Assembly (NCBI GenBank): GCA_048500355.1
Contig: JASNYD010000006.1
Coordinates: 480,211-544,210 of the forward strand
Origin: Kofleriaceae bacterium
GTDB taxonomy: Bacteria; Myxococcota_A; Polyangia; Haliangiales; Haliangiaceae
Reading direction: 5' to 3'
DNA length: 64,000 nucleotides
Shown here: positions 1 through 16,482 of the stretch, piece after piece
Layout of the letters: each line of letters opens with the position of its first letter
How positions within the stretch are numbered: position 1 is the stretch's first letter
Position numbers and translations under genes: made by a program
The notes under the pieces: model-generated
Databases searched by the model: none
Seen by the model: the letters and a program-made list of their open reading frames with translations, nothing else
Told to the model about the DNA's origin: nothing

Positions 1-1353
1 CAGGAGCGCGATGTTGCCGCCGGGGTGGATCAGCCGGAGCTCGAGATCGGCGATGCGGTTGTGGTTGACGGTGACGATCACCTCCACCTCGCGCACGGTC
101 GCCCCCGGCAGCCCGCCCAGCTCGACCTTGGCCTCGGCCTCGCCGTTGTCGGGCACCGGGTAGTCGATCGGGTCGAACCCGGTCTCGAGCCGCCGCCGCC
201 GCGGCTCGAGCGGGCGCAGCCGGGACGCCGGCAGCTCGCCGGTCAGCCCGGGCTCGGGGCCGCCGGTCACCCGCAGCCTCATGCGGGCGTTGCCGTTGTT
301 CTCGTTGTGGTCGAGGACGAGATCGTTCCAGCCCGCGACCAGCTCGACGTCGACCGTGCGATCCTGCGGCCCCGAGAAGAACTCGTCGCTCACCCGCTCG
401 CCGTTGACGTAGAGGCGGTGGCCGTCGTCGGACTCGACGCGGACGCGATAGGTCCCGGCCGCGATCGCGTAGAACTGCCCCGACCAGCGCAGCGACCAGT
501 AGTCGCCGGGGCCGATGCCGAGCCCCTGCGGGGCGCCGGTGCCGAAGCTGGCGTCGACCAGCGGCGCCGTCGAGATCGTCCGCTCCGGCAGGCCCTGGAA
601 GACGGTGTGGTCCCACCCGGCCAGCACCGTCCCTCGCAGGTGATCGACGCGGGCGCGCAGGCGCGGCCCGGCGAGCGGGACCGGCGTGGGGCTCGTCCCC
701 GGATAGAGCTGGACGTCGAAGCGCGAGGCGCCGATGCCCTCGACCACCGCCAGCCGGATCGGGTGCCAGCCCTCGGTGGCGGCGGTGAACGTCCCGGTGC
801 CGACGCCGAAGCGCGCGTTGACCACCCGGGTGAAGGCGCCGCCGGGCGGGGCGAGCTCGACGAACCCGGTGTCGTCGGCGTCGACGACGAACGTGGTCGC
901 GCCGGCGTCGAGCCACACCTCGCCCTCGGCCCAGTAGGTCCAGGTGTCGCCGGAGTCGAGGCCGACGCCGACCGGATCGCCGACGAGCGGCCGCACCCAC
1001 ACCCCGGTCCCCGCCGGCGGCCCGCTGGTGACGTCGGTCCAGGTCGCGGCGTCGGCCTCGGTGAAGCGCTGGGTGTTGGCGGCGTACGCGATCAGGCCGC
1101 CGGCGTGGTAGGCGGCCGGCGCCAGCGCGCCCCACGGCTCGATCACGAGCCCGTCGCGGACGGCGCCGACCACCGCGAAGTGCTCGAGCGAGTCGTCGCG
1201 GACGACGACGATCCGGTTGCCGGCGTCGTCGCGTCCGGCGTCGACCTCGACCCCCGGATCGCCCGACGGCGAGAACGAGCAACCCGCGGTCAGGGCCGCC
1301 AGCGTCCACGCGCCCGCCCCGATCCTGCACCACCGCGACGCGACAGGCGACAT
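1..1353 (-). CDS. Partial (3'-truncated at the window edge) secreted lipoprotein with a PA14-like domain and a C-terminal proprotein-convertase P-domain-like segment
   Basis: Hand translation of the minus strand from ATG at 1353 gives MSPVASRWCRIGAGAWTLAALTAGCSFS (lipobox), then ...GTYRVRVESDDGHRLYVNGERV... (PA14-like) and ...VTVNHNRIADLELRLIHPGGNIALL (H.R..DL...L..P.G P-domain motif). The ORF runs off the left edge. The track does not list it because it has no in-window stop. Confidence 0.45.
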   Translation of the reverse strand, partial: MSPVASRWCRIGAGAWTLAALTAGCSFSPSGDPGVEVDAGRDDAGNRIVVVRDDSLEHFAVVGAVRDGLVIEPWGALAPAAYHAGGLIAYAANTQRFTEADAATWTDVTSGPPAGTGVWVRPLVGDPVGVGLDSGDTWTYWAEGEVWLDAGATTFVVDADDTGFVELAPPGGAFTRVVNARFGVGTGTFTAATEGWHPIRLAVVEGIGASRFDVQLYPGTSPTPVPLAGPRLRARVDHLRGTVLAGWDHTVFQGLPERTISTAPLVDASFGTGAPQGLGIGPGDYWSLRWSGQFYAIAAGTYRVRVESDDGHRLYVNGERVSDEFFSGPQDRTVDVELVAGWNDLVLDHNENNGNARMRLRVTGGPEPGLTGELPASRLRPLEPRRRRLETGFDPIDYPVPDNGEAEAKVELGGLPGATVREVEVIVTVNHNRIADLELRLIHPGGNIALL

Positions 1354-1524
1354 GTCCGCCATTCTCGGCGCGAGCCCCGCCCGGTGACAACTGGCGAATG
1401 CGCGTCACGATCTGGCCGGCGACCGGCGGTGAGCGCGCTCACAGCCCGCGGACCGCGGCGATCGACCCGCCGACGTCGGGCAGGCCATCGGGCCGGCCAT
1501 CGGGCCGGCCGTCGGGCAGGCCGA

Positions 1525-9279
<7,755 letters not shown>

Positions 9280-9536
9280 GATCCCTCGTGGGGGCTCGAC
9301 CCCGCCGCCGGCACCTCCCCGTCGAGGTGCGGGCGCGGGTGAACCTCCCGGCCGATGCGCTCGCATCGTAACACCCGCCGCGCGCGGCCCGCGACGCGCC
9401 GCGGCCCAAAACGCGCGACGACCGCGTCCGCCGGTTGCGGGCGCGGTGACGCCTGGGGTAACGAGGGTCGATGGTCCCGCCGGTCGTGCCGGACGCTCTT
9501 CCGGACGCCCCGCACCCGGCGCCGGCGCAGCCGGTG

Positions 9537-10265
9537 ATGACGGTGCTGTTCGAGGACGACGAGCTGGTGGCGGTGGCCAAGCCACCGGGGCTCGCCGTCG
9601 TCCCCGAGCGCGGGGCCGACCCGGCCGGCTCGCTCCGCCACCGGCTCGAGGCCGCGCGCCGGGAGCCGCTGTGGGTGGCGCACCGCATCGACAAGGACAC
9701 CTCGGGGGTCGTGGTGCTGGCGCGGACGGCGGCCGCCCACCGCTGGCTCAACGACGCGTTCGCCGCCCGCCGGGTGCACAAGCGCTACGTCGCGTTCGCG
9801 GCCGGCGACCTGCCGGGGACGCGCACGGTCGACGTCCCGCTGGTCGAGGCCCGCCGCGGAAAGGCCCGACCGGCGGCGCCCGGGGAGCGCGGCAAGCCGT
9901 CCGTGACCCGGTTCGTCGCCACCGCGCGCTGGCGGCGCCCGCCCGGCGCATCTCCCGCCGACCCGGCGACCGCGGCGGTCACCTGCCTCGACGCCTTCCC
10001 CGAGACCGGCCGCCATCATCAGATTCGCGTCCACCTGCGCAGCCTGGAGGCCCCGATCGTGCTCGACCCGCTCTACGGCAAGCGGACCTTGCGCGGCATG
10101 CTGACCGGCGCGCCGTGCACCCGCCTCGCCCTGCACGCGGCGCGACTCGAGCTCACCCGCCCCGACGGCCGCCCGCTCGCGATCGAGGCGCCGCTGCCGC
10201 CCGATCTGGTCGCGCTCGCCGCCTGGCTCGACGCGACGTGGCGACGGCAACCCGAGGGCGCCTGA
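9537..10265 (+). CDS. RluA-family pseudouridine synthase
   Basis: Motifs HRIDKDTSGVVVLAR (catalytic Asp) and GRHHQIRVHL. Start taken at MTVLFEDDELVAVAKP (internal ATG of track ORF 9471..10265). Its stop TGA overlaps and couples to the next gene. Confidence 0.85.
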   Translation: MTVLFEDDELVAVAKPPGLAVVPERGADPAGSLRHRLEAARREPLWVAHRIDKDTSGVVVLARTAAAHRWLNDAFAARRVHKRYVAFAAGDLPGTRTVDVPLVEARRGKARPAAPGERGKPSVTRFVATARWRRPPGASPADPATAAVTCLDAFPETGRHHQIRVHLRSLEAPIVLDPLYGKRTLRGMLTGAPCTRLALHAARLELTRPDGRPLAIEAPLPPDLVALAAWLDATWRRQPEGA

Positions 10266-10267
10266 CG

Positions 10268-11212
10268 ATGCAGAGCTGGCTGCTCGAGCTGATCGTGTGC
10301 GGAGGCTGCGCCGGGCGCCTGGCCGTGGTCCCGGGCCGCGCGCCGCTGGTGGCGTGCCGGCGCTGCGGCGCGCGCTACCCGGTGCTCGGCGGCGTGCCGG
10401 TGGTGGTGCCCGACCCCGCCGGCTACCTCGCCGGCTACCGCGACGCGACGCTGGCGGCCCTGGCCGAGCGCGGCCGGGCGACGCGCGCCGCGGTGGCCGT
10501 CGTCGACGCCTTCGCCGGCGCGGCGCCGCGCACCGAGCCCCTGGCCTTCGGCGACGACTGGGTGGCGGCCGAGGTCGCGCCCGAGGTCCGGACCGCGGGC
10601 GGCGCCGCGACGCCGACGCCGGCGCCCGGTGACGACGCCGCGCGCGCCGCCTTCGCCCGCTTCCTGGACGCCGCCGGCGATCGCGCGGTCGATCGGGCCG
10701 TGCTCGCCGCGCTGCCGGCGCGGCCGCGCACGGTGGTGGAGGTCGGCGCCGGCGCCGGCGTCCTCGCCCGCCGCCTGGCCGCGGCCCCCGGCGTCGAGCG
10801 CCTCGTGGTCGCCGATCTGTCGCTGCGCGCCGCGCTGCGCGCGCCGGCGCGTCGCCCGGCCGCCGGCCGGCGCCGGCGCGCCGCGGTCGCCGCCGCCGTG
10901 CTCGACGCCGAGGCCCTGGCCCTGGCCCCGCGCTCGGTCGACGCCGTGGTCGCCGTCGAGATCGTCGATCTGCTGGCCGCGCCCGAGCGCCTCCTGCGCG
11001 CCGCCGCCCGCGCCCTGCGCCCGCGCGGTCGCCTGATCCTGGCCACGCCCGACCCGTCGCTGGGCACCGGCGACGACGCCCGCCTGCGGGCGCTGCTCGC
11101 CGCGGAGGGCTGGCGCGTGGTCGCCGACCGCGCCGGCTTGCCCTGGATCCGCGTCCACGGCCCCCGCCACGTCCAGGTCTACTTCGTCGACGTGCTCGCG
11201 GTCGTCCGCTGA
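10268..11212 (+). CDS. Trm112-like zinc-ribbon N-terminus fused to a class I SAM-dependent methyltransferase
   Basis: MQSWLLELIVCGGCAGRL...CRRCGARYPV (Trm112/DUF343-like) then VVEVGAGAGVLARRLA (SAM motif I). The ATG at 10268 follows the RluA stop (TGAcgATG). It ends convergently, overlapping the ATP-grasp gene by about 34 bp. Confidence 0.7.
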   Translation: MQSWLLELIVCGGCAGRLAVVPGRAPLVACRRCGARYPVLGGVPVVVPDPAGYLAGYRDATLAALAERGRATRAAVAVVDAFAGAAPRTEPLAFGDDWVAAEVAPEVRTAGGAATPTPAPGDDAARAAFARFLDAAGDRAVDRAVLAALPARPRTVVEVGAGAGVLARRLAAAPGVERLVVADLSLRAALRAPARRPAAGRRRRAAVAAAVLDAEALALAPRSVDAVVAVEIVDLLAAPERLLRAAARALRPRGRLILATPDPSLGTGDDARLRALLAAEGWRVVADRAGLPWIRVHGPRHVQVYFVDVLAVVR

Positions 11213-12336
11213 CGGCGGCGGGGCCGGGGCTTGACCGGCCGCGCCGGGCCGCGGGCCAGGGCCATGCGCGCGAGCTGCTCGATCGTCTCCTCGAACGTCC
11301 GGCCGCTCTTCTCGGCGCACAGCATGAAGCCGGTGCCCTCGGCCAGGTTGGGGTTGGGGTTGACCTCGAGCACGTAGGGCTCGCCGTCCTCCTCGATGCG
11401 GAGATCGACGCGGGCGTAGTCGCGGCACTCGGTGATCTTGTAGGCGGCGAGCGCCACCTCGCGGATGCGGTTGCCCAGCCGCCGCGGCAGCCCCTTGGCC
11501 GGGACCTGGACGTCGAGGGCGTAGAAGTCGGGCGACAGCGGATCCCACTTGGCCTCGTAGGTGAGGATCTTGGGGTTGAACTCGTCGCCCTCGCGCTCGT
11601 CGAACTCGAGCTCGAGCAGCGGCAGGACCTCGGGCGGATCGTTGCCGAGGATCGCGACGTGGATCTCGCGGCCCTCGATGAAGCGCTCGACCAGCGCCGA
11701 CTGCTGGTACTCGCGGAGCACGCGCTCGACCTGGACCTCGAGCTCGGCGTGCTCGTGGCAGACCGCGTCCCTGTGGATGCCGCCCGAGGCGTCCTCGCGG
11801 GCCGGCTTGACGATCACCGGGTACTGGACCTCGAGGTTCTTCGGCACCGGCAGCTCGCGCACCAGCGTGTACTCGGGCGTCGGCACGCCCTGCGACTCGA
11901 GCAGGACCTTGGTCCGGAACTTGCGCTGGCAGGTGAGCAGGCAGCCCGGGGTGGCGCCGGTGTACGGGACCTGGAGGAGCTCGTAGAGCCCGGCGACGTA
12001 GGCCTCCTGCACCGGCTTGTCGTTGAAGAACTCGACCAGGTTGAAGACGGCGTTGGGCTTGAACGTGCGCAGCGCGCCGAGCAGCTCGTCGAAGCTCTCG
12101 CTGATGTTGACGCCCTTGACCTTGTAGCCGCGCCCGCGCAGCGCGTCCATGATCGCGTCGAGCTCGTCGGCGTCGGTGCCGATGTCGGCCGCGGTCTCCG
12201 TCGGGTTCCACGGCAGGGGCTGCGGGTCCTTGAACTTCTCGTACGGATCCTCGCCCACCGAGTTCCAGAGCACGAGGATCCGCTCGCCGGAGCCGGACCT
12301 AGTTCTTCTTGCGGGTCGATTTCTTGCGGGCGGCAC
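11179..12336 (-). CDS. ATP-grasp amide ligase, D-alanine--D-alanine ligase (Ddl)-like family
   Basis: 385 aa. RILVLWNSVGED..., ...YPVIVKPAREDASGGI..., ...EGREIHVAILGN..., ...YVLEVNPNPNL... match the Ddl-type ATP-grasp fold. Its start overlaps the end of the upstream C39-like gene (12299..12336). Confidence 0.8.
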   Translation of the reverse strand: MPPARNRPARRTRSGSGERILVLWNSVGEDPYEKFKDPQPLPWNPTETAADIGTDADELDAIMDALRGRGYKVKGVNISESFDELLGALRTFKPNAVFNLVEFFNDKPVQEAYVAGLYELLQVPYTGATPGCLLTCQRKFRTKVLLESQGVPTPEYTLVRELPVPKNLEVQYPVIVKPAREDASGGIHRDAVCHEHAELEVQVERVLREYQQSALVERFIEGREIHVAILGNDPPEVLPLLELEFDEREGDEFNPKILTYEAKWDPLSPDFYALDVQVPAKGLPRRLGNRIREVALAAYKITECRDYARVDLRIEEDGEPYVLEVNPNPNLAEGTGFMLCAEKSGRTFEETIEQLARMALARGPARPVKPRPRRRQRTTASTSTK

Positions 12337-13255
12337 GGGGTTTCCTCCGTCGGCGCTTCTGATCGGACGCGTACAGGGGCTGGACGCCCTCGCGCGCGGC
12401 CGACCACAGGCTGAGCAGGATCGCCAGATCGGTCAAGGCGCGGCGCGTGGACGCCGCCGGGACCACCAGGCCGTAGGTGTCGGCCACGAACTCGAGGTTG
12501 CGCGCGACCCGCTTGACCTCGTCGCGCTCGACGGCCCCGTGCCAGTAGACGACGCGGTCGAGCAGGAGCTCGCCGTGCCGGCGCAGGAGCTCGCCCATCG
12601 ACAGCGCGCCGACGTGGAGCGGCGAGCGCGGCCGGCAGATCTCCATGAGGTCGGCCAGGTAGTCGTCCCAGCACGAGCCGAGGTCGCGGTGCTCGGGCCG
12701 GCGCAGGAAGCGGGCCCGCTGCACGGAGAACCGGGCGCGCAGGTCGCGGCGGAAGCGCGGTCGGACCGGGTGCAGGTCGTAGTAGACCGGCAGCTCGAGG
12801 GTGTGGGCGAGGCGCTTGCCGACCATGGCCCGGAGCTCGGCGAGCTGCTCGTGGTCCTCGTAGCGCCAGCGGGCCTCGAGCTCCTTCCAGGTGACGACCG
12901 CCACCACCGGCTCCTCGCGCGAGTCGAGGATCACGAACTTGCCGCTGGCGTGGTGGACCACGGTGATCCAGTGCTCCCACGCGTCGACGCACAGGAGCGT
13001 CGGGTAGCCCTCGGTGAGCTGCTTGACCAGCGCCTTGCGGGCCAGCCGCTCCTCGGTGGCCTCGATGAGCGGCATGTCGCAGGCGTGGGCGCGGGCGGCC
13101 CGCGCCAGCCGGACCTCGTCGGTCCCCGACCACCAGTGGGTGCGGGCCAGCTTCGTGAGCTGCGCGGGATCGGCGAGCACCCCCAGCACCGTCAGCGCGT
13201 GCTTGAGCGCGTACGGGCCGCAGGTGAAGTCGTTGGGCTGGCGATAGAGCCCCAC
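12299..13255 (-). CDS. Papain-fold C39-like peptidase / BtrH-like acyltransferase domain protein with a basic C-terminal tail
   Basis: The N-terminus YRQPNDFTCGPYALKHALTVLGV (Q-x5-C-G-P oxyanion/Cys motif) and EHWITVVHHASGKFVILDS (His ... Asp) match the catalytic triad layout of C39-like and BtrH-like papain-fold proteins. The C-terminus is KRRRRKPRAARKKSTRKKN. Confidence 0.7.
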   Translation of the reverse strand: MGLYRQPNDFTCGPYALKHALTVLGVLADPAQLTKLARTHWWSGTDEVRLARAARAHACDMPLIEATEERLARKALVKQLTEGYPTLLCVDAWEHWITVVHHASGKFVILDSREEPVVAVVTWKELEARWRYEDHEQLAELRAMVGKRLAHTLELPVYYDLHPVRPRFRRDLRARFSVQRARFLRRPEHRDLGSCWDDYLADLMEICRPRSPLHVGALSMGELLRRHGELLLDRVVYWHGAVERDEVKRVARNLEFVADTYGLVVPAASTRRALTDLAILLSLWSAAREGVQPLYASDQKRRRRKPRAARKKSTRKKN

Positions 13256-13273
13256 GTCCGCACCATAGCGGAA

Positions 13274-14854
13274 TCAGGCGCCGGCCGGGCGATCGCGGCC
13301 ACGTCGTTGGCGCCCGACGATCGCCGCGAGCGCGAGCGCGAGGCCGCCGGCCAGCGCGCCGCGCCCGCCTTCGCCGCCGCCGCCGTCGCAGCAGCCGCCG
13401 GGGCTCGCGCCCGGCTCGACCCCGCCGTCGCCGCTTCCGGCCGCGCCGTCGCCGCCGGGCCCGGCGTCGATCGCCACGCATCCGCCCGCGCAGTGCTCGA
13501 ACGCGCCCAGGTCGAGCGGTCCGTCGACCGGACGGGCGACGGCGGCGCGGTGGACGACGTACTGCTCGCTCACCGCCGGCACGCCGGCGGCCAGGGGGGC
13601 GCCGACGTCGCGGGCCATGGCGTCGGCGCGCAGGCGGAGATCGCCGCCGGCGACGTCGACGAAGCCGGGGTCGCTGCCCTCGAGCCGGCCGCCGAGATCG
13701 GTGATGGTGCCGGTGGCGCCGGCGAACGAGGTCGTGAACCCGGGCTTGATCCAGTTCCAGCCCCAGGCCACGTCGCCGTCCTGGGCCACCAGCTCGACGT
13801 TCCCGCCGGGCGCGGTGGCATGGAAGATGTTGCCGCGGACCTCGGCGCGCTCGCCCGGCGACGACAGGCGGAACAGGGTCGTGCGATCGGCGCGCGTCGA
13901 CACCACGGTGTTCTGGTAGAAGTGGAGCGTGCCCTGGCGGTAGGCCCCGAGGTTGCCGCTGTCGCCGCCGTAGTGGACGATCTGGCGGTTGCCCTCGCCG
14001 TCGCCCTCGACCAGGACGTTGCCGTAGACCAGCGTGGTGCGGTACGCGGGCAGGGTCGACAGCGTCGACGAGTCGACCAGATCGAGCTGGCGGTTGCCGT
14101 CCTCGATCCAGTTGTAGCGGACCACCAGCCCGGCCGAGCGGTCCTTGAGGTTGTTGCCGCTGGCGCCGGGCGCCAGCGGCCCGTACCAGTTGTACTGGAA
14201 GACGATGCCGCGGGCCTCGGTGTAGCTGTTGTGGACGTAGATGTCGCCGACCACGCCGTTGCCGTGGACGTGGTTGCCCTCGATCACCACGTCGCTGGCG
14301 GCGCTCGACACGAACAGGCCGTTGGCGGAGTCGCGCAGGACGCAGCCGCGGATCGTGACGTGGGCGCCGTTCTCGATGTGGATCGCGGCGGCGTTGCCGG
14401 CGTAGCGCTGGGTGGCGCCGGCGGCGTCGCGGAAGCCGTGGTCGGGGTGACCGCCGCGGACGTCGAGACCCTCGAGGACGACGTGGCTCGGGGCGTCGGC
14501 CGGCGCGTTCGAGCCGCCGACCTTGATCACGCTGCGGACCTGGTTCCAGTAGCTGAGCTGGGCGCGGGTGGTCGCGTCCTCGCCGTCGATCACCGGCAGC
14601 TCGCCGCCCGGCCCCGGCACCCCGCGCACCACCAGCGGCGCGGCGGCGGTGCCGCCGTTGCCGACGACGAACTTCGCCCGGTACGGCGTCGGTCGCCAGG
14701 CGATCTCGACCACGTCGCCGGCGCCCAGGCGCTCGAACGGCACCTCGCCGACCTCGGCCAGCGCCTGGCCGGGGCCGACACGATAGGTCTCGGCGGCGGC
14801 GGGCGCCGCGGTCAGCGCCGTCAGCGCCAGGACGATCGAGCCGCGCATTCGCAT
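13274..14854 (-). CDS. Secreted right-handed beta-helix (pectate-lyase-like) protein with a MYXO-CTERM-like tail
   Basis: Start at the internal ATG MRMRGSIVLALTALTAAPAAA (signal peptide). Repeated ...VIEGNHVHGNGVVGDIYV..., ...VRYNWIEDGNRQ..., ...GNVLVEGDGEGN... are parallel beta-helix repeats. The C-terminus is GGCCDGGGGEGG...ALAGGLALALAAIVGRQRRGRDR (Cys motif, TM, Arg cluster). Confidence 0.75.
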   Translation of the reverse strand: MRMRGSIVLALTALTAAPAAAETYRVGPGQALAEVGEVPFERLGAGDVVEIAWRPTPYRAKFVVGNGGTAAAPLVVRGVPGPGGELPVIDGEDATTRAQLSYWNQVRSVIKVGGSNAPADAPSHVVLEGLDVRGGHPDHGFRDAAGATQRYAGNAAAIHIENGAHVTIRGCVLRDSANGLFVSSAASDVVIEGNHVHGNGVVGDIYVHNSYTEARGIVFQYNWYGPLAPGASGNNLKDRSAGLVVRYNWIEDGNRQLDLVDSSTLSTLPAYRTTLVYGNVLVEGDGEGNRQIVHYGGDSGNLGAYRQGTLHFYQNTVVSTRADRTTLFRLSSPGERAEVRGNIFHATAPGGNVELVAQDGDVAWGWNWIKPGFTTSFAGATGTITDLGGRLEGSDPGFVDVAGGDLRLRADAMARDVGAPLAAGVPAVSEQYVVHRAAVARPVDGPLDLGAFEHCAGGCVAIDAGPGGDGAAGSGDGGVEPGASPGGCCDGGGGEGGRGALAGGLALALAAIVGRQRRGRDRPAGA

Positions 14855-14888
14855 GGGCCCGAGCCTAGCCCGGGCGGCCCGCGCCAGG

Positions 14889-15335
14889 TCAGGGCTCGTG
14901 CTTGTCGTCCGGCCCGTGGTCGTGATCGTGACCATGACCGTGGTCATGATCGTGGTCGCAGTCGGGCCCGTGCTCGTGCGCGTGGGCCGCGATCTCCTTC
15001 TTGACCTGCTCCATGTCGAGCTCGCGCGCCTTCTCGACGAGCTGGTCGAGGGCCGCCGCCGGCAGGGCGCCGCTCTCGCGGAACAGCAGCACGCCGTCGC
15101 GGAACAGCATCAGCGTGGGGATGGCCTGGATGCCCGCCGCCGCCGCCAGCTCCTCCTGGGCCTCGGTGTCGATCTTGCCGAAGACGACGTCGGCGTGCTT
15201 GGTCGACGCCGCCTCGAAGATGGGGGCGAACATGCGGCACGGGCCGCACCACTGGGCCCAGAAGTCGAGCAGGACGATGCCCTCCTTCTCGATGGTGGGC
15301 TGGAAGTTGTCCAGGTTGATCTCGACGGTAGCCAT
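14889..15335 (-). CDS. Thioredoxin with a His/Asp-rich metal-binding C-terminal tail
   Basis: WCGPC active site (LLDFWAQWCGPCRMFAP). The C-terminal tail is HAHEHGPDCDHDHDHGHGHDHDHGPDDKHEP. Confidence 0.9.
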   Translation of the reverse strand: MATVEINLDNFQPTIEKEGIVLLDFWAQWCGPCRMFAPIFEAASTKHADVVFGKIDTEAQEELAAAAGIQAIPTLMLFRDGVLLFRESGALPAAALDQLVEKARELDMEQVKKEIAAHAHEHGPDCDHDHDHGHGHDHDHGPDDKHEP

Positions 15336-15378
15336 GGATACGACCTCGGTTGGGTCCCGGGACCATACGCCGAGTTGC

Positions 15379-16047
15379 TCAGGCCAGCCAGCGGCGCTCC
15401 AGCGGCTTCACCCGGTAGCGGGCCCGGACCTGGTCGAGGGGGTCGGCCCACTGCTCCTCCCACACCACCCCGAGGAGCGGCGCGGCGTCGCGGCCGACCT
15501 GGTAGGCCTCGCGCAGCGAGTGGCGCAGGGCGCCCCATCGCCGCTCGAGGACGAGGTGCTTGAGCGTCCCGAAGCCGACCACCATCGCCGAGACCGGCAG
15601 GCGGAGCTGCCCCCACGAGAAGGCGTGGATGACGACCTCCTCGTGGCCGGCGATGCCGAGGCCGAGCAGGGCGTGCCAGACGTCGTGGGTCTGGCGGAAG
15701 CGGCGCATCAGGTACGCCATGTCCGCGTCCTCGACGTGGCGGGTGGCCGCGGCCTGGTAGTCGGCGGTGATGCCGTTGTCGTCGAGGTGGCGGGCGTAGG
15801 CGCCGCCCAGGGTGGTCGCCGGCAGCCGGCGCAGGGCGTCGAAGTCGACGTGCTCGCTCGACAGCTCGGGCCGGGCGGCGAGGAGCCGCCGCCCCTCGAC
15901 GTCCCCGGCGAGCTCGGCCAGGAGCGCGCGGTAGCGCGGCCGCCCGGTGATCTCCTCCACCCGGTGGATCTCGTGGGTGCGGGTCGAGTCGGCGAGGACG
16001 CGGGCCACCGCCCGCCCCACCAGGTAGCTGTCGCGCGCCAGGCTCAT
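15379..16047 (-). CDS. Coq4-family protein (ubiquinone biosynthesis Coq4-like)
   Basis: Start at the internal ATG (MSLARDSYLVGRAV...). HDVWHALLGLGIAGHEEV matches the Coq4 HDxxH-x11-E zinc motif. The R-rich part of the track ORF upstream of this ATG is rejected. Confidence 0.7.
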   Translation of the reverse strand: MSLARDSYLVGRAVARVLADSTRTHEIHRVEEITGRPRYRALLAELAGDVEGRRLLAARPELSSEHVDFDALRRLPATTLGGAYARHLDDNGITADYQAAATRHVEDADMAYLMRRFRQTHDVWHALLGLGIAGHEEVVIHAFSWGQLRLPVSAMVVGFGTLKHLVLERRWGALRHSLREAYQVGRDAAPLLGVVWEEQWADPLDQVRARYRVKPLERRWLA

Positions 16048-16482
16048 CTGGCGAGCATGCCACGGGATGGCCCCGGCGCCCGGCGCGCGGTCGGGCCGCC
16101 ACGCCGACCCCACGCCGCGGTCTCGCCGCGCGGCACGCTCGGTGACCGGGACGTCGCGTTCTGCCTCGCCCGGGGGCGCGGCGGCGAACCTGCCCCAGGG
16201 CTGCACGATGTGCAGCGACCGTACACGAGGCGCGGGCTGCGGCGGCGGCATGTGCCGGGGGCGAGGCGCCGGGGCGATCCGCCTCATCAACGATACGGCG
16301 GGAGGCGCGCGGCGACCCGACCGACGCCGGGCACGGCGCTTGCCACGTCCCGGCGCATACCTGCACCCTGTCGTGCTCGGCTGACTCGACGTGCCGCCTG
16401 GCATGCGGCGACGGGCCGTTCATGGCCGTGGTCGAGGGCGGGAGCTGTCCGCGCTGACCGGCAGGCCGACCGACCGCGCCGA

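Noticed and set aside
11814-15004. ORFs 11814..13481(-) of 555 aa and 12149..15004(+) of 951 aa
   Set aside because: Arg-rich antisense or off-frame products overlapping the Ddl-like, C39-like and beta-helix genes. No signal peptide or domain motifs.
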